DNA of 64,000 nt from a virus, in IMG/VR virus record IMGVR_UViG_3300042691_031577, positions 32,001 to 96,000 of that record. One strand, 5' to 3'. The position numbers were made by a program, and so were the translations under genes. Below, in pieces: positions 28,499-39,028 of the stretch (positions within the stretch are counted from its first letter, which is position 1; every line of letters begins with the position of its first letter). The notes under the pieces are model-generated. The model saw only the letters and a list, made by a program, of their open reading frames with translations. It was not told where the DNA came from and searched no databases.

Positions 28499-29236
28499 TT
28501 ATAAAGCTATATTCTCAGCTGTTTTTTCAGATACAGTGTGATATCTACCGCATTTTTTACATTGCATTTGTACACGAATTGTTCCTAATGCTGACATTCT
28601 ACGTTTAGAGAATGTCCATTTATTTGAACCGCATGTAGGGCAATCTGTTTTGTCTTCACTAACGCTACTTTTTTCAGGAAAATGTGGTGCTAATTTATTG
28701 TATACTTTTTCTAACAATTCAACATCACCTTTACAATATTCTACCATTTTTTCCATGGCTTCTTTATCTTTATTTAAGACAATGTCTTTCCATAAATTAA
28801 AACCAGTGCTGATTTTAGCACCTAAACCTAAAAACTGAGCAATGTAATCTAATTTATTGCTATTAAATTTAAATTTAGATCTGGCGTATTTTAACGTATC
28901 TATTGTAGTATATGACGGAAATAAAGAGATGCCATGATATAGGCATCTAGTTCTAACCCACGGTAAATCGTATTTATCACCGTTATGTCCTACTAATTCA
29001 TCAGCTTCATTAGCTATTTTAATGAATTTTTCTAGTAGACTTTTATCGTTTTGTTTAGCATCCCAAGTTAAAGAGTGTACTTCTTTTTCGTCAGCCCATT
29101 TGTAACAAATACAAATGATAGCTCTTTCTTTTATAATATTGTCGTGACCTATATTTAATCTATAACCTGCGGTCCAAAACAAACCAATGTTTGGGCTTGT
29201 TTCAATATCAAAAAAGAGTCTTTTTACTTTACTCAT
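28499..29236 (-). CDS. RNase H-like (DnaQ/YprB-type) 3'-5' exonuclease with C-terminal Zn ribbon
   Basis: FDIETS, GHNGDKYD, IDTL, YCKGDV, CPTC...CKKC. Confidence 0.85.
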   Translation of the reverse strand: MSKVKRLFFDIETSPNIGLFWTAGYRLNIGHDNIIKERAIICICYKWADEKEVHSLTWDAKQNDKSLLEKFIKIANEADELVGHNGDKYDLPWVRTRCLYHGISLFPSYTTIDTLKYARSKFKFNSNKLDYIAQFLGLGAKISTGFNLWKDIVLNKDKEAMEKMVEYCKGDVELLEKVYNKLAPHFPEKSSVSEDKTDCPTCGSNKWTFSKRRMSALGTIRVQMQCKKCGRYHTVSEKTAENIAL

Positions 29237-29282
29237 ATGATTTTTTTTAAAATATAAAACTTATTTTTTGCCTATCCAAATT

Positions 29283-29810
29283 TTAGGCAGCAGGAGTTTC
29301 CTCAGGTGCTGGCGTTTCTTCAGGGGTAGGTACTTCTGAAGGTGGGGCTTCAGGTGTTGGAGGAATACTTCCTGCTTCTAAATCAGCTTTAATATCAGTA
29401 TTACGTTGTGATGCTAATTCTTCTGCTGACTCTTTAGGAGCATAATTTAGTTCAAGTAAATCTGCTATTGCTTGTGATGCTCTTTCAGATTCTCCTATGT
29501 TAATTGGATTATATTTTTTTCCAGATACTTTTACAACAAAATTATTTTTTCCTAAATATATCATTGTAAAGTCTTGTCCATTAATTAACCCAATACCAAA
29601 TGTAGTTGGTTTAGGAGCTATTAATGAAACATCTGCTATATATCGTCCAAAAGCAGGTGACATTAATTCTTCTAATGTTTTCTTCAAACCAGGAAAGCGA
29701 TGTATTAAATACATTGCTTTTTCAGCTTGTTTTTGTTGCTGTTCTTCTTCCTTTAAAGCCATACGAACAGCTTTTTTAATATATTTTTCTAATAACAGAG
29801 TCTTATTCAT
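29283..29810 (-). CDS. Hypothetical protein with leader (..MALKEEE) and Pro/Glu tail
   Basis: ORF; leader-like N-terminus. Confidence 0.6.
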   Translation of the reverse strand: MNKTLLLEKYIKKAVRMALKEEEQQQKQAEKAMYLIHRFPGLKKTLEELMSPAFGRYIADVSLIAPKPTTFGIGLINGQDFTMIYLGKNNFVVKVSGKKYNPINIGESERASQAIADLLELNYAPKESAEELASQRNTDIKADLEAGSIPPTPEAPPSEVPTPEETPAPEETPAA

Positions 29811-30270
29811 CGTCTCTTAATTCATGAAAACCTTGAGCTGCTTGCTCAATATAGTTTTCAGCATTGGTAATATGATCTTGAATCCATCCTGGGATGTTAC
29901 GTTCTACTGTTCCTATCTTTTGAGACAATTCCATAGCTGCTTTAGCAATAGCTTCTAAACTATTTTGAGCCATAGCAACTTCATGATCCATACCTTCTTT
30001 TTTAATATTTTTAGATATTGTCTTACGGCGATTTAAAAGATATTTATCTGTTTTATCAACTTTACCGTCATTGTTTATATCTTTATCTTCTTTACCTACT
30101 GGGTCTAAAGCTTCTTCTTTTTTACCTTTACCCATGGCTTTAGCTGTAGCTATAGGACCTGCTTTTTCAGGAGACATCCCTGAGTCAACTAAGGCATCGT
30201 AAATTTCTCCACGCTTTTTCTTTTGGCTAGGAGTCATTTTTTTCTCTAGTAAATCGATTAATTTTATCAT
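29803..30270 (-). CDS. Leader-bearing protein with Dx[DN]xDG Ca-binding loop
   Basis: MIKLIDLLE; [12 protein letters not shown]. Confidence 0.6.
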   Translation of the reverse strand: MIKLIDLLEKKMTPSQKKKRGEIYDALVDSGMSPEKAGPIATAKAMGKGKKEEALDPVGKEDKDINNDGKVDKTDKYLLNRRKTISKNIKKEGMDHEVAMAQNSLEAIAKAAMELSQKIGTVERNIPGWIQDHITNAENYIEQAAQGFHELRDDE

Positions 30271-30644
30271 TTTAAAAAGCGTAATTTATAGATGGTTGAA
30301 TTAATAAGAGCAACAACTTCATCAATTTGATTTTGAATATATGAATCTTGGCAAAGCATTGTTCTACTTTTTTCAATATAAGAACAAAGTACAGTAAAAT
30401 ACATAATGATACCTTCACAGCTTTGATATTCTTGTAAAGCAACATTTGTATACCCAGTAACGATACCGTATTTACCTTGATATGATTCTACTATACCGTC
30501 AGTTATACCTACAATTTCATCATAATATTCATTTAATGCTTTATGAGCAGCAAATGAAGGTGTTTGTAGATGAAATACATGAGCCTGCGTACGAGACGCC
30601 ATTAACGTAGAAACAAATTGACCCATTAATGCGTTATGTTCCAT
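30267..30644 (-). CDS. Ferritin/Dps-like four-helix protein (DUF5856-like)
   Basis: [20 protein letters not shown]......D...E.YQG, YKLRFL. Confidence 0.7.
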   Translation of the reverse strand: MEHNALMGQFVSTLMASRTQAHVFHLQTPSFAAHKALNEYYDEIVGITDGIVESYQGKYGIVTGYTNVALQEYQSCEGIIMYFTVLCSYIEKSRTMLCQDSYIQNQIDEVVALINSTIYKLRFLK

Positions 30645-30648
30645 TATT

Positions 30649-31332
30649 TTATTTTTTAACTACTTTTTTTAGTATAGCACCAGCTACTTTTTGACCTGCT
30701 TCTTTTGAACCGTATTTTTTAGCTGCTGATTTAGCTATTTTGGCAAATCCTTTACCAGGTTTACCTACGTCTTCACCTTTTTCAAAGCGAGCTTCTTCCA
30801 TTTTTTTATCATCGCCTTTTGGTAGACCTTTTTTGTAACTTCTATATGCGCTACCTATTGCTGCTCCTATTCCACCTACAGTTCCAGCAGCTGCTGCAAT
30901 TTGTCCTATGAGTTCTCCTACTGAGATATTCATGGATTTGGCTAAATCTGTAAGAGGTCCCATAATTTCTGACGAGAGACCTTCGTTTATTTTTTTAGCT
31001 TCGTCTAATTCTTTTTTTTCAGATTTTTTAGGACCTTTAGAATTTTTATCCATTGTTTTTTTCTGGTCTTCTAGATCTTTTTTCTTAGTTTGTAATTCTT
31101 TAATACTAGCTTCCATATCATCCATCATATCACCTATAATTTCTGAGGAAACATAATATTTTAAACCATCCATTGATGTTAATGCTGTTTTAACAGACAT
31201 AGCATCTTTAATATCTTCGTCTACTTTTTTAATTTTAGCTTCCAAAGCAGCTATATCACCAGCCTCGTCTATCATTTTGATACGGTCAGCAATTGCTTCT
31301 TTAATTAATTTCTTTAATTCGGATTGTTTCAT
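30649..31332 (-). CDS. Putative internal head protein with LKKLIKEAI leader
   Basis: Leader motif; internal LDEA/INEG/MEEA sites. Confidence 0.55.
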   Translation of the reverse strand: MKQSELKKLIKEAIADRIKMIDEAGDIAALEAKIKKVDEDIKDAMSVKTALTSMDGLKYYVSSEIIGDMMDDMEASIKELQTKKKDLEDQKKTMDKNSKGPKKSEKKELDEAKKINEGLSSEIMGPLTDLAKSMNISVGELIGQIAAAAGTVGGIGAAIGSAYRSYKKGLPKGDDKKMEEARFEKGEDVGKPGKGFAKIAKSAAKKYGSKEAGQKVAGAILKKVVKK

Positions 31333-31355
31333 GGTATTGTTATTTTATATAAATA

Positions 31356-33950
31356 TTAACTATTTTTTATTTCTTCAATATGTTTTTTCAATTCGTCAAC
31401 TCTATCAGGATTACGTTCGATATATTCATTGAATATATAATTGCGTATTTCTGTTAAATTACGTTGTCTTAATGCGGCTACCAAATTAGCAGGACTATCT
31501 AATTGAAATGCACCGTTTTGTGTTAATAACCAGTGGCTATTTCCTGGTTGGGCTACTATAGATGCTACTAAATTGCCTGATTCTAATTGGATACCATATA
31601 TGGCACTAGGGCCTACTATTCGTACATAATCAACGTGACCCAAATTACCTAATAGATTATCGCGGCGTGATACTCCTCTATCTGTATTTAAATTTCCTCT
31701 AGTAGAATCACCGAAGAATTTAGCACGGATATTTACAGGTAATTGGTTAAATGAATTTAATAAATTACTATTTTCTAAAGTAGTTTGTAAATCATCACTT
31801 ATATTACCTTCAATTGGTCTATTAGCACCACCTGCTGGTCTTCCTCTTCTACCGGTTCCTGCTGCTGGTACTCGTTCACCTGCTCCTAATTGAGCTGGTG
31901 TTGGGCGAGGAGTAGTTGTTCTAGGAGCTCTAGCTTGTAATACTCTTCCTGTTTTTTCTGATATTCTAAAACTTTCTGCAGGGTTAGCTGTGTTTACAAT
32001 GTATATTTTGTTATCTACTACTTTTAATCTATATGTAGAATCTTCTGTGTATGGTAAATCAGGGATACTAGCTAATGCTAGTTTATCTTTATATCCTACT
32101 TGCCATTGGTTTTGTGAAAATATACTTCTAGTAGTATTGTTGTCCAATTTTATATTATTATCATTTAAAAATTGTTTATATGCTAAACCTACTTCAGGAC
32201 TATAAGAAAATCTTATTTCTTCCATTTTATCTGTTTCATCCGAATATCTAAAAGCTTTAAACTTAAAAGAAGAAGGAATATCAAACACGTATAAGTTTCC
32301 ATCATACGTAGATATACCTTCTACTCCTCTCATCAATTTACTTTTAGGAACATTAGATAATATCTTAGAAGAAATTTCACTATTAAATAAAGGTGATTTA
32401 TTAAAAATAGAAGTTATTAAATTATTTTGAACTTCTTCATTTGATGCTGCTTCTTCAACAAATTTATTTTTAGCAGCTATTACATTTTCATTACTAGTAT
32501 CAGCAGGAATAATACTGTTTCCTTCAACTTGGTATATTTTAAGTCTATTTCCTGAGGTATCAAAAAGTACTTCAGTATCTCCTATTTTTATTATTTTCTT
32601 TGATATATCGTTAGATGTTCTAGCTTTATCAATAATTCCGCTTATTGCGGTATTATCTAAATTGTTTGCCTGTATAGCACGTGCTAGTGAATCTAAAGGT
32701 ATATCACTTATGTTTGGGTAATCAAATAAATATTTTTGTGTTCTTTTAGATAATTTAACATCCTTATATGTTTCTTCTTCAGTAATAACGTCAATGTATG
32801 TTCCTGTTCTATCGTATGATATATTTACTATAGTTCTACCATCTTCAGTTACATAAAGATTATAATTACTATCAGTAGGTACTTTACCAGTTTTAACTAA
32901 AGCTTTAGCAAAATCAAAGTTAAACTCTTTGTTCAAGATATTTTCTCCAGTAACATTTATAGGATGACCGGGAGCATTAACTTTTGCTAATAATGATTTT
33001 TGGTATTCTGGTTTAAATATTTCTATCTGTTTTAATAAATTATCAAAACCAAGAATCCACGGATTTTGAAATATCCATTCTGCTAATTTATCATATTTAG
33101 GAAGAACTTTAACAATAAATGAGTCAGTAGATAAATCCCTAAATAATTCATTGCTTGAATATCTACTTGCTATATAAGAACCTCTTACAGATATGTAAAG
33201 TTTTTTCTCTTCAAAATCTAAATCATTAGCCCATTCTCTAAAACTAATACCATTTTTAAATCTTTTTTCTACATTTATTTCTGCTTGACTTATAGGAATA
33301 TGCTTAAGAATACTTTTTACATTATCTATAGAATTTAAATAAGGTACTTCATCAAGTAATTTATCAAAATCCATTTCTTTAGATTCATGAGGACTATTTT
33401 TACGATTAGTATAAACATATCGTCCATTATTTCTTGCTTGAATAGCAACGAAACTAAGAGGATCACTATCTGGGAGATTGGTATTTCTAACTAAGTAAAA
33501 GTTAGGATATCCTCTTCCGGGGTCAAATCGATAATTTCCAAATGATCCTCTAGTAATACACCATCTTTCTCCAGCACCATATCTTACACATTTTCCTTCT
33601 ACATCACCGTTATATATAACAATACCATCTTCATTATACACCATATCTGGAGTAGGTACTATAGTAACTTTTTCTTTTTCAAAGCCTGGTTTAGATGAAA
33701 CTATTTTTAGTAGTTGTTTTAATGAGTACTTACTTAAATCTTTTTCAGAGACGTTTGGGTCTTGCTTAAATTTAGTATCAAAAACAGTAATAGCCTTTTT
33801 AATTTCATCATCAGAAATAGTTATATTAAAGTCTTCTGCTTCTTCCTTAAATTTCTGGGTTAATGCTTGTACCACTTTTTCACTCATTGCCTCAGTTAGA
33901 AAAGGCCAATTAAGTACTACATGTTCTATTAATATGTGTATATTATTCAT
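31356..33950 (-). CDS. Large hypothetical protein (864 aa) with YG.G.RWCIT motif and RRGRP AT-hook
   Basis: Long ORF; FLTE near N-terminus, NLTE near C-terminus. Confidence 0.65.
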   Translation of the reverse strand: MNNIHILIEHVVLNWPFLTEAMSEKVVQALTQKFKEEAEDFNITISDDEIKKAITVFDTKFKQDPNVSEKDLSKYSLKQLLKIVSSKPGFEKEKVTIVPTPDMVYNEDGIVIYNGDVEGKCVRYGAGERWCITRGSFGNYRFDPGRGYPNFYLVRNTNLPDSDPLSFVAIQARNNGRYVYTNRKNSPHESKEMDFDKLLDEVPYLNSIDNVKSILKHIPISQAEINVEKRFKNGISFREWANDLDFEEKKLYISVRGSYIASRYSSNELFRDLSTDSFIVKVLPKYDKLAEWIFQNPWILGFDNLLKQIEIFKPEYQKSLLAKVNAPGHPINVTGENILNKEFNFDFAKALVKTGKVPTDSNYNLYVTEDGRTIVNISYDRTGTYIDVITEEETYKDVKLSKRTQKYLFDYPNISDIPLDSLARAIQANNLDNTAISGIIDKARTSNDISKKIIKIGDTEVLFDTSGNRLKIYQVEGNSIIPADTSNENVIAAKNKFVEEAASNEEVQNNLITSIFNKSPLFNSEISSKILSNVPKSKLMRGVEGISTYDGNLYVFDIPSSFKFKAFRYSDETDKMEEIRFSYSPEVGLAYKQFLNDNNIKLDNNTTRSIFSQNQWQVGYKDKLALASIPDLPYTEDSTYRLKVVDNKIYIVNTANPAESFRISEKTGRVLQARAPRTTTPRPTPAQLGAGERVPAAGTGRRGRPAGGANRPIEGNISDDLQTTLENSNLLNSFNQLPVNIRAKFFGDSTRGNLNTDRGVSRRDNLLGNLGHVDYVRIVGPSAIYGIQLESGNLVASIVAQPGNSHWLLTQNGAFQLDSPANLVAALRQRNLTEIRNYIFNEYIERNPDRVDELKKHIEEIKNS

Positions 33951-34159
33951 TGTGATTTGTTAACTTTAGAGCGCAATAAGAAATATAACCCAAGAAACAA
34001 CCCCGCAGCTAGGTAAAAAAGTAAATCCGTAATCCAATAAGAACCGGTCAAGGTCATTATTAGTTTGAACAACACGTCGAATCCAAGAGGATTGAAAAAC
34101 ATTGCTGCCATTAGGCAGAAAGTTGCTAAGTTGCTTAAAAATTGTTTTCTCCAGGTCAT
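33947..34159 (-). CDS. Small membrane protein
   Basis: Two hydrophobic segments; ATGA overlap with downstream gene. Confidence 0.55.
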   Translation of the reverse strand: MTWRKQFLSNLATFCLMAAMFFNPLGFDVLFKLIMTLTGSYWITDLLFYLAAGLFLGLYFLLRSKVNKSQ

Positions 34160-34190
34160 TAATTTTGTTTCTACTACCAGGTTCCATATA

Positions 34191-34613
34191 TTATTTATTT
34201 AAACGAACAGTAGCAGCTTTAGTATTTTTTACAAACTGTTTGCCTTTTTTGCTACCGGCTACTTTTTTTCGTGATGTAGCAGCACGTTCGGCTTTAGTTA
34301 AACTTTGAGCCTTTTTACGTGGTAAACAACGCGTGGTTGCTTTACCTTTTTTCATTGTCCCGCAAGGTCCCGTAATATTACCTTGTGTATCTATTCTTAC
34401 CCAATCTTCTTTTTTAAACCAATCACGAAGTGATTCATGCATGTCCAAATCATCTTCTTCCATTAAACCTTTACATACTTTAACAGCACGACCAGAAAGA
34501 TAAGCGGATGGTTTTTCACCAGCAGCTATACGACGATTATAATAAGCTTTGCCTTTAGGGCATAGCTTTTTTTCTGTTAATATTTCGTTTAGTATGTCTG
34601 TTAGTTTAATCAT
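34191..34613 (-). CDS. Basic protein with MIKLTDILNE leader (DUF5872-like C-terminal part)
   Basis: SLRDWFKKEDWV, PCG, RCLP..KA. Confidence 0.6.
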   Translation of the reverse strand: MIKLTDILNEILTEKKLCPKGKAYYNRRIAAGEKPSAYLSGRAVKVCKGLMEEDDLDMHESLRDWFKKEDWVRIDTQGNITGPCGTMKKGKATTRCLPRKKAQSLTKAERAATSRKKVAGSKKGKQFVKNTKAATVRLNK

Positions 34614-34870
34614 GATTTATGTATCTTTAGTTTTAACGTACCTGTACCTTTAATAACGCGATGCCAAGTATGTCTCTCAATAAATATTGGCTGATTCATG
34701 GAAGTCGGCAGCTGGTTATCAAGCTGTATTTTCCAGTCAGTTTCACCTATAATTTGCAGTGTGCGATTTTCATCATCGCGATGCCACATTAATTCGATAG
34801 GATCTATATTTTCGTTAAATTCACGAATAATGTAGGTATCTGTAGTTTCTAAATCAGTATAGGGATGCAT
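34610..34870 (-). CDS. Small cupin-like protein
   Basis: WHRD.E.R and WHRVIKG motifs. Confidence 0.6.
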   Translation of the reverse strand: MHPYTDLETTDTYIIREFNENIDPIELMWHRDDENRTLQIIGETDWKIQLDNQLPTSMNQPIFIERHTWHRVIKGTGTLKLKIHKS

Positions 34871-35115
34871 TACTTCTTAGGATGAAACCAATTACTACAA
34901 TATTTTGATGGGTCTTTGATAGATTCTTTGGTTTTTGGATTTATTAAATCCTCAGTACCCATAAGTTTTTGGTAATACTTATTTTTACATTTGTGTTTAC
35001 CTTCTTCCTGATAATGGTATTCACATACGTGACAACCAAAGCCTATGGATGAATACATGTATGATGGGTATTCCTCACCTTCATGTTCTTTTAATATATC
35101 TGTTAGTTTAATCAT
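34870..35115 (-). CDS. Cys-rich small protein with MIKLTDILKE leader
   Basis: CHVC...C...YCSNW. Confidence 0.65.
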   Translation of the reverse strand: MIKLTDILKEHEGEEYPSYMYSSIGFGCHVCEYHYQEEGKHKCKNKYYQKLMGTEDLINPKTKESIKDPSKYCSNWFHPKK

Positions 35116-35466
35116 TTGTTTAATCGTTTAGTTTTTTCTTTAGATGCTTCTTTACGTTTAGTAATATATTCTAATCCTCTTTTTAATCTTGCTTTTACTT
35201 CAGGATCTTTTGCTTTACCATAAGCTGCTCTAACACGTTGGTGAATTAAATTAATAATTTGTGATTGTCTAGCGTGTGATTTAGATTTGAATGATGTTTT
35301 AGATAATGTATCTTTTATATCTTGAACTGTTTTAAATTTAACACGAACAGTATCAGATGGATCTTCATCTGTGTATAAGCGACGACCTGATCCTTTAGGT
35401 TTTTTACCTGTGCCTACTTTAGGGTCTCTTTCTAATAATAAATCTGTTAGTTTGATCATTTGTTTA
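35098..35466. repeat. 25-bp direct repeats (35098-35122 and 35442-35466, 24/25 identical) flanking one gene; 17-bp core also at 34597-34613
   Basis: atctgttagttt(a/g)atcatttgttta. Confidence 0.85.
35112..35459 (-). CDS. Basic protein with MIKLTDLLLE leader
   Basis: GTGKKPKGSGRRLYTDEDP. Confidence 0.65.
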   Translation of the reverse strand: MIKLTDLLLERDPKVGTGKKPKGSGRRLYTDEDPSDTVRVKFKTVQDIKDTLSKTSFKSKSHARQSQIINLIHQRVRAAYGKAKDPEVKARLKRGLEYITKRKEASKEKTKRLNK

Positions 35467-35471
35467 TTTAT

Positions 35472-36086
35472 TTAAATACTGTATAAATGCTCTACTACAG
35501 TACGTTTTACTATTCTTCTAACAGCATTTACCTGTTCTATTTTACTTTTAGCAGTTATATCACCATTTTTCCAATAATTAACAGCTTGTTGATATGATTC
35601 ATTTATATGTTCCATTCGTTTTTGAATATTGGCTTCTGCTACATCTTCAATACGATTCATAACTACTGAATATTCAGGTGTATTATCAATTTTATATTGG
35701 TTATTGAATAAATCTTGTAATTTATTTATAAATGATTGTGATTTATAAATATTGGTTTTGGTATCAGTATTACCTGATATCTCTATAGATTTAGGATGTT
35801 TATTTTGAATAAAATCTGCTAATATTTTATATGAAGTAGCAGTTATTTGTTTCCACGCTTCTGGTGTAGTGTTTTGATTATTATCTGTAAAAGACCAAGC
35901 TATGGTCCATTTATTGTTTTGTATATCTATTCTTCTAAAGTAATATTCTGCTTCAATATCTTGTCCATTTCCTACAACGTATTTAGTATCAGATATTTTT
36001 TCTATATTAGGTAAAGGTTTATCGAACATTTCTAATATTCGACTTAACTCTTCTTTAATATATTTTTTTAAATATGTTACTTTCAT
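35472..36086 (-). CDS. Hypothetical protein with LKKYIKEELSRILE leader
   Basis: Leader motif; late promoter at 36091-36099. Confidence 0.6.
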   Translation of the reverse strand: MKVTYLKKYIKEELSRILEMFDKPLPNIEKISDTKYVVGNGQDIEAEYYFRRIDIQNNKWTIAWSFTDNNQNTTPEAWKQITATSYKILADFIQNKHPKSIEISGNTDTKTNIYKSQSFINKLQDLFNNQYKIDNTPEYSVVMNRIEDVAEANIQKRMEHINESYQQAVNYWKNGDITAKSKIEQVNAVRRIVKRTVVEHLYSI

Positions 36087-36100
36087 TACTTATAAATATC

Positions 36101-36748
36101 CTACCAATAACCGCTAAAGCTGGTCTTAAAACCCAAGAGCTTGCTGTACCTGGGGAGCCTACAACTCCAATACGACGCCTTAGTTCTGTCTTTTTTATTT
36201 TTACAATCATGACGAGCAGCAAACGCTTTACGTGCTTTTGGGTTATTTAATTTAGCACGTAATCCTGTAGTATCACCAAACGATACTTTTTTAATTCCGC
36301 CTCCTGGTTTACGAACGTAAACGTAGAATTTTTTAGATCCACCACGTTTTGGTTTACCAATAGGCGGTGTTTTTTTCTTTTGTTTAGCGGCCTCAGTAAT
36401 TAATTCATCAATACTGATTGGATAATCAAGTGGAACAGTTATCCCATTATATTCACCAAACTCACCTATATTAGATTCTAATAATTCAGCATCGTCTTCA
36501 ACTACAGATAATAAACCTTTGTTGTATAATTCACGTGCTTCACGGAATAATTCAAAATAATTTTTAGATAATGGGCGGTAAACATTATGAATTAACATTT
36601 TACCTTCTCTGATGTGGTATTTTAATCCTTCAGATAAAACTAAATTATTAGTAGATTCTGTTAGGACTAATTTAGGACCATTACACCCACAATCATCTTC
36701 TTTAAATAATTCTTCTTGTATTATTTGGCGTAGTGTTGATATTTTCAT
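36101..36748 (-). CDS. Leader-bearing protein with basic C-terminal domain (KKVSFGD / F.ARH.C / YWSC)
   Basis: LRQIIQEEL leader; internal LITE. Confidence 0.65.
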   Translation of the reverse strand: MKISTLRQIIQEELFKEDDCGCNGPKLVLTESTNNLVLSEGLKYHIREGKMLIHNVYRPLSKNYFELFREARELYNKGLLSVVEDDAELLESNIGEFGEYNGITVPLDYPISIDELITEAAKQKKKTPPIGKPKRGGSKKFYVYVRKPGGGIKKVSFGDTTGLRAKLNNPKARKAFAARHDCKNKKDRTKASYWSCRLPRYSKLLGFKTSFSGYW

Positions 36749-36761
36749 ACCAATAAATATA

Positions 36762-37346
36762 TTACTTAATACTGTCCTTAAGTTTTTGTATGTATTCTTG
36801 AATATCTTTAATTATTTCTTGCTCATCTACACCTTTACCTTTCCATTCTTCAACATCTCCACTTTCAGTTACGAATGAACCTTCGTTAATACCTAATGAT
36901 AATTCAAGTAGTATATCTTCCATTTCTTTAATATGTACTTCAACACCGCGAGATAATATGCTTTTTTGGTATTCCTCAAATTTACCTATGCGTTTTAGTT
37001 CGGTTTCATGCGCTATAACGCAATCAGAACATTTTTTATGGATACTGTACATATGTTTATCTAAACGGCCTTTATTCATGGCTCGTTTACATTCAGGGCA
37101 TGTTAGCGGCATTTGTAATATACTCTTAACCAAATCTAGTTTAGTTATGGTCATCTTTATACCATTTTTAATGGTCCATGTTTTGCCATTTTCTTCCCAC
37201 ACATCACCCTCTTTATAGTCTGTTTGTGCTTTGGTATAACCTACTTGTGTTACAGTTTTATCTGTATAATTTTTAGAAACTAAGTTACGCAAACGTTGCA
37301 CATCGCGTTCCTTAAATTCTTTTTTCAATAACGATTCATTGCTCAT
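36762..37346 (-). CDS. Hypothetical Zn-ribbon protein
   Basis: KEGDVWEENGKTWTIKNG; CPEC...CSDC. Confidence 0.65.
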   Translation of the reverse strand: MSNESLLKKEFKERDVQRLRNLVSKNYTDKTVTQVGYTKAQTDYKEGDVWEENGKTWTIKNGIKMTITKLDLVKSILQMPLTCPECKRAMNKGRLDKHMYSIHKKCSDCVIAHETELKRIGKFEEYQKSILSRGVEVHIKEMEDILLELSLGINEGSFVTESGDVEEWKGKGVDEQEIIKDIQEYIQKLKDSIK

Positions 37347-37350
37347 AACT

Positions 37351-38214
37351 TTATTTTATAAATTTCTTTATAGGAGTATCATATATTCCCTCATATTTTT
37401 TTCCAAAATCTCTTAACAATACACCTGCTTTAGCATTTGCTTCATTTTCGATATCACTACCAGTCTTACCACTTTCATAATTTATTTTTCCATCTTCATC
37501 TTGTTTACGATGGATTAATTCATGAGCTAATGTACGAAAAATATCAGCCATGTTTCTATCGCCTACGTAAACCCATATTTCATTAGTATTAGGAGAAAAA
37601 TACCCAAACGAACGTTGTTTTTTAACATGATCAGTATCGTCTGAGAATTGTATCTTAGGGATTTGGGCTAATCCTAAGTCTTCTTTAACGTAATTAATAA
37701 ATTCGTTTACTAAATTAACTTCATCTTCTTGGCTTCCATCTTCCTTTATTTTAGGATTAATAATAGCTACTAATGCCTCAGGAATAAGATTTAATGCTTT
37801 ATGTAATGATAATATAAATTCACCATTAACCAAATAATACTTATCACTATCATAATTTAGTATTAATGCTTTAGGTAGTGGTTTTAAATTTTTAACAGCC
37901 TTTAAATAAGGAACAGGGTCTATTTTATGTTCTTTAGCGTATAGCAATGCTTGACCCAAGCTTTTAATATTGTACGAATTAGTATTTTCTAATTTAGACC
38001 AAACGTCATCAATTAATACTACGTCATTAGCACCGTTAAAAGCTAATTGTAAATCCTCTACAGGAAAATTAAAAACTAATGCTGCTTTATTTAAAGCACT
38101 TAAATTATCCTCAACATATTGGTGATTATCATCATCTTCAAAATTATTTGGGGGAGATTCATGTAATTGAAATGCTTTATTCCACCACTCTTTACTAAAT
38201 ATATTTTTATCCAT
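37351..38214 (-). CDS. Protein with C-terminal zincin (HExxH) metallopeptidase-like domain
   Basis: RTLAHELIHRKQ...E.EAN. Confidence 0.65.
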   Translation of the reverse strand: MDKNIFSKEWWNKAFQLHESPPNNFEDDDNHQYVEDNLSALNKAALVFNFPVEDLQLAFNGANDVVLIDDVWSKLENTNSYNIKSLGQALLYAKEHKIDPVPYLKAVKNLKPLPKALILNYDSDKYYLVNGEFILSLHKALNLIPEALVAIINPKIKEDGSQEDEVNLVNEFINYVKEDLGLAQIPKIQFSDDTDHVKKQRSFGYFSPNTNEIWVYVGDRNMADIFRTLAHELIHRKQDEDGKINYESGKTGSDIENEANAKAGVLLRDFGKKYEGIYDTPIKKFIK

Positions 38215-38239
38215 AAATAATTAATATGGTATAAATATA

Positions 38240-39028
38240 CTACTCTGCTAGTTTAACGGATACAGGCAATGACTGGCTATAAGGTACATCATCTGGGTTT
38301 TCTAATTTATATATATCGTATATTTTGGTAAACATTTCAAAATTTTTATCAATATCACCAATTACTTTTAATTGCCACCCAGCTCCTTGTATTTTTTCAC
38401 CTTTTTTATCCTCGCCACGAGTAGCTGCTTTTAACCATATGATTCCCGTATCAGTTACATGCTCATCATGAGTCTCGTTCCATGCTTTAGTGTAGGCAGC
38501 TAACTGTAAATCGTAGCTAGTGTGTAGTGAATTGGATGTTTTAATATCTAATAACCATAATTTACCACGTAATCTTACAATTAAGTCGGCTGTTCCTGCG
38601 TATTCATGTTGATCTGAGAATAAATGGTATTCTGCTGCTACTAACTCAGGTTTTTCACGGTTCCAAAATTCAGTAAAACGTAAGATCATTTTCCAAACAT
38701 CTAGCGCATAGTTAACGTGACCGTTTTCTTCAATCCACACTATTTCTTCACCGTTTATAAATTTTTCAACAGCATTGTGTACTTGTGTACCTTCAGCAGC
38801 GGCTTTAGATGCTATAATATCACTATTATGACCTACATCTTTTAACCAATTATGAAAAAATTGATTTTTAGGAAAGTAATTTAATATCGTTGATACTGAA
38901 GGGTAATATTTGTCATTGCGTTTATAAAAACGTTGGTCTAAAATATTAATTTGTTTATTGTCTTCACTGTATTGAATAATGCGTTTAATTTTGGGATCTT
39001 TGATCACATTGAAATTTTTATCTATCAT
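38240..39028 (-). CDS. PD-(D/E)xK exonuclease (Cas4/RecB-like)
   Basis: YPSVSTIL, GTQVH, YAGTADL, LDIKTS, QLAAY. Confidence 0.85.
   Translation of the reverse strand: MIDKNFNVIKDPKIKRIIQYSEDNKQINILDQRFYKRNDKYYPSVSTILNYFPKNQFFHNWLKDVGHNSDIIASKAAAEGTQVHNAVEKFINGEEIVWIEENGHVNYALDVWKMILRFTEFWNREKPELVAAEYHLFSDQHEYAGTADLIVRLRGKLWLLDIKTSNSLHTSYDLQLAAYTKAWNETHDEHVTDTGIIWLKAATRGEDKKGEKIQGAGWQLKVIGDIDKNFEMFTKIYDIYKLENPDDVPYSQSLPVSVKLAE

Noticed and set aside
33966-34187. Alternative-frame ORF overlapping 33947..34159
   Set aside because: The 33947 frame gives a cleaner membrane protein and couples to the next gene by ATGA; dual coding cannot be excluded but has no support
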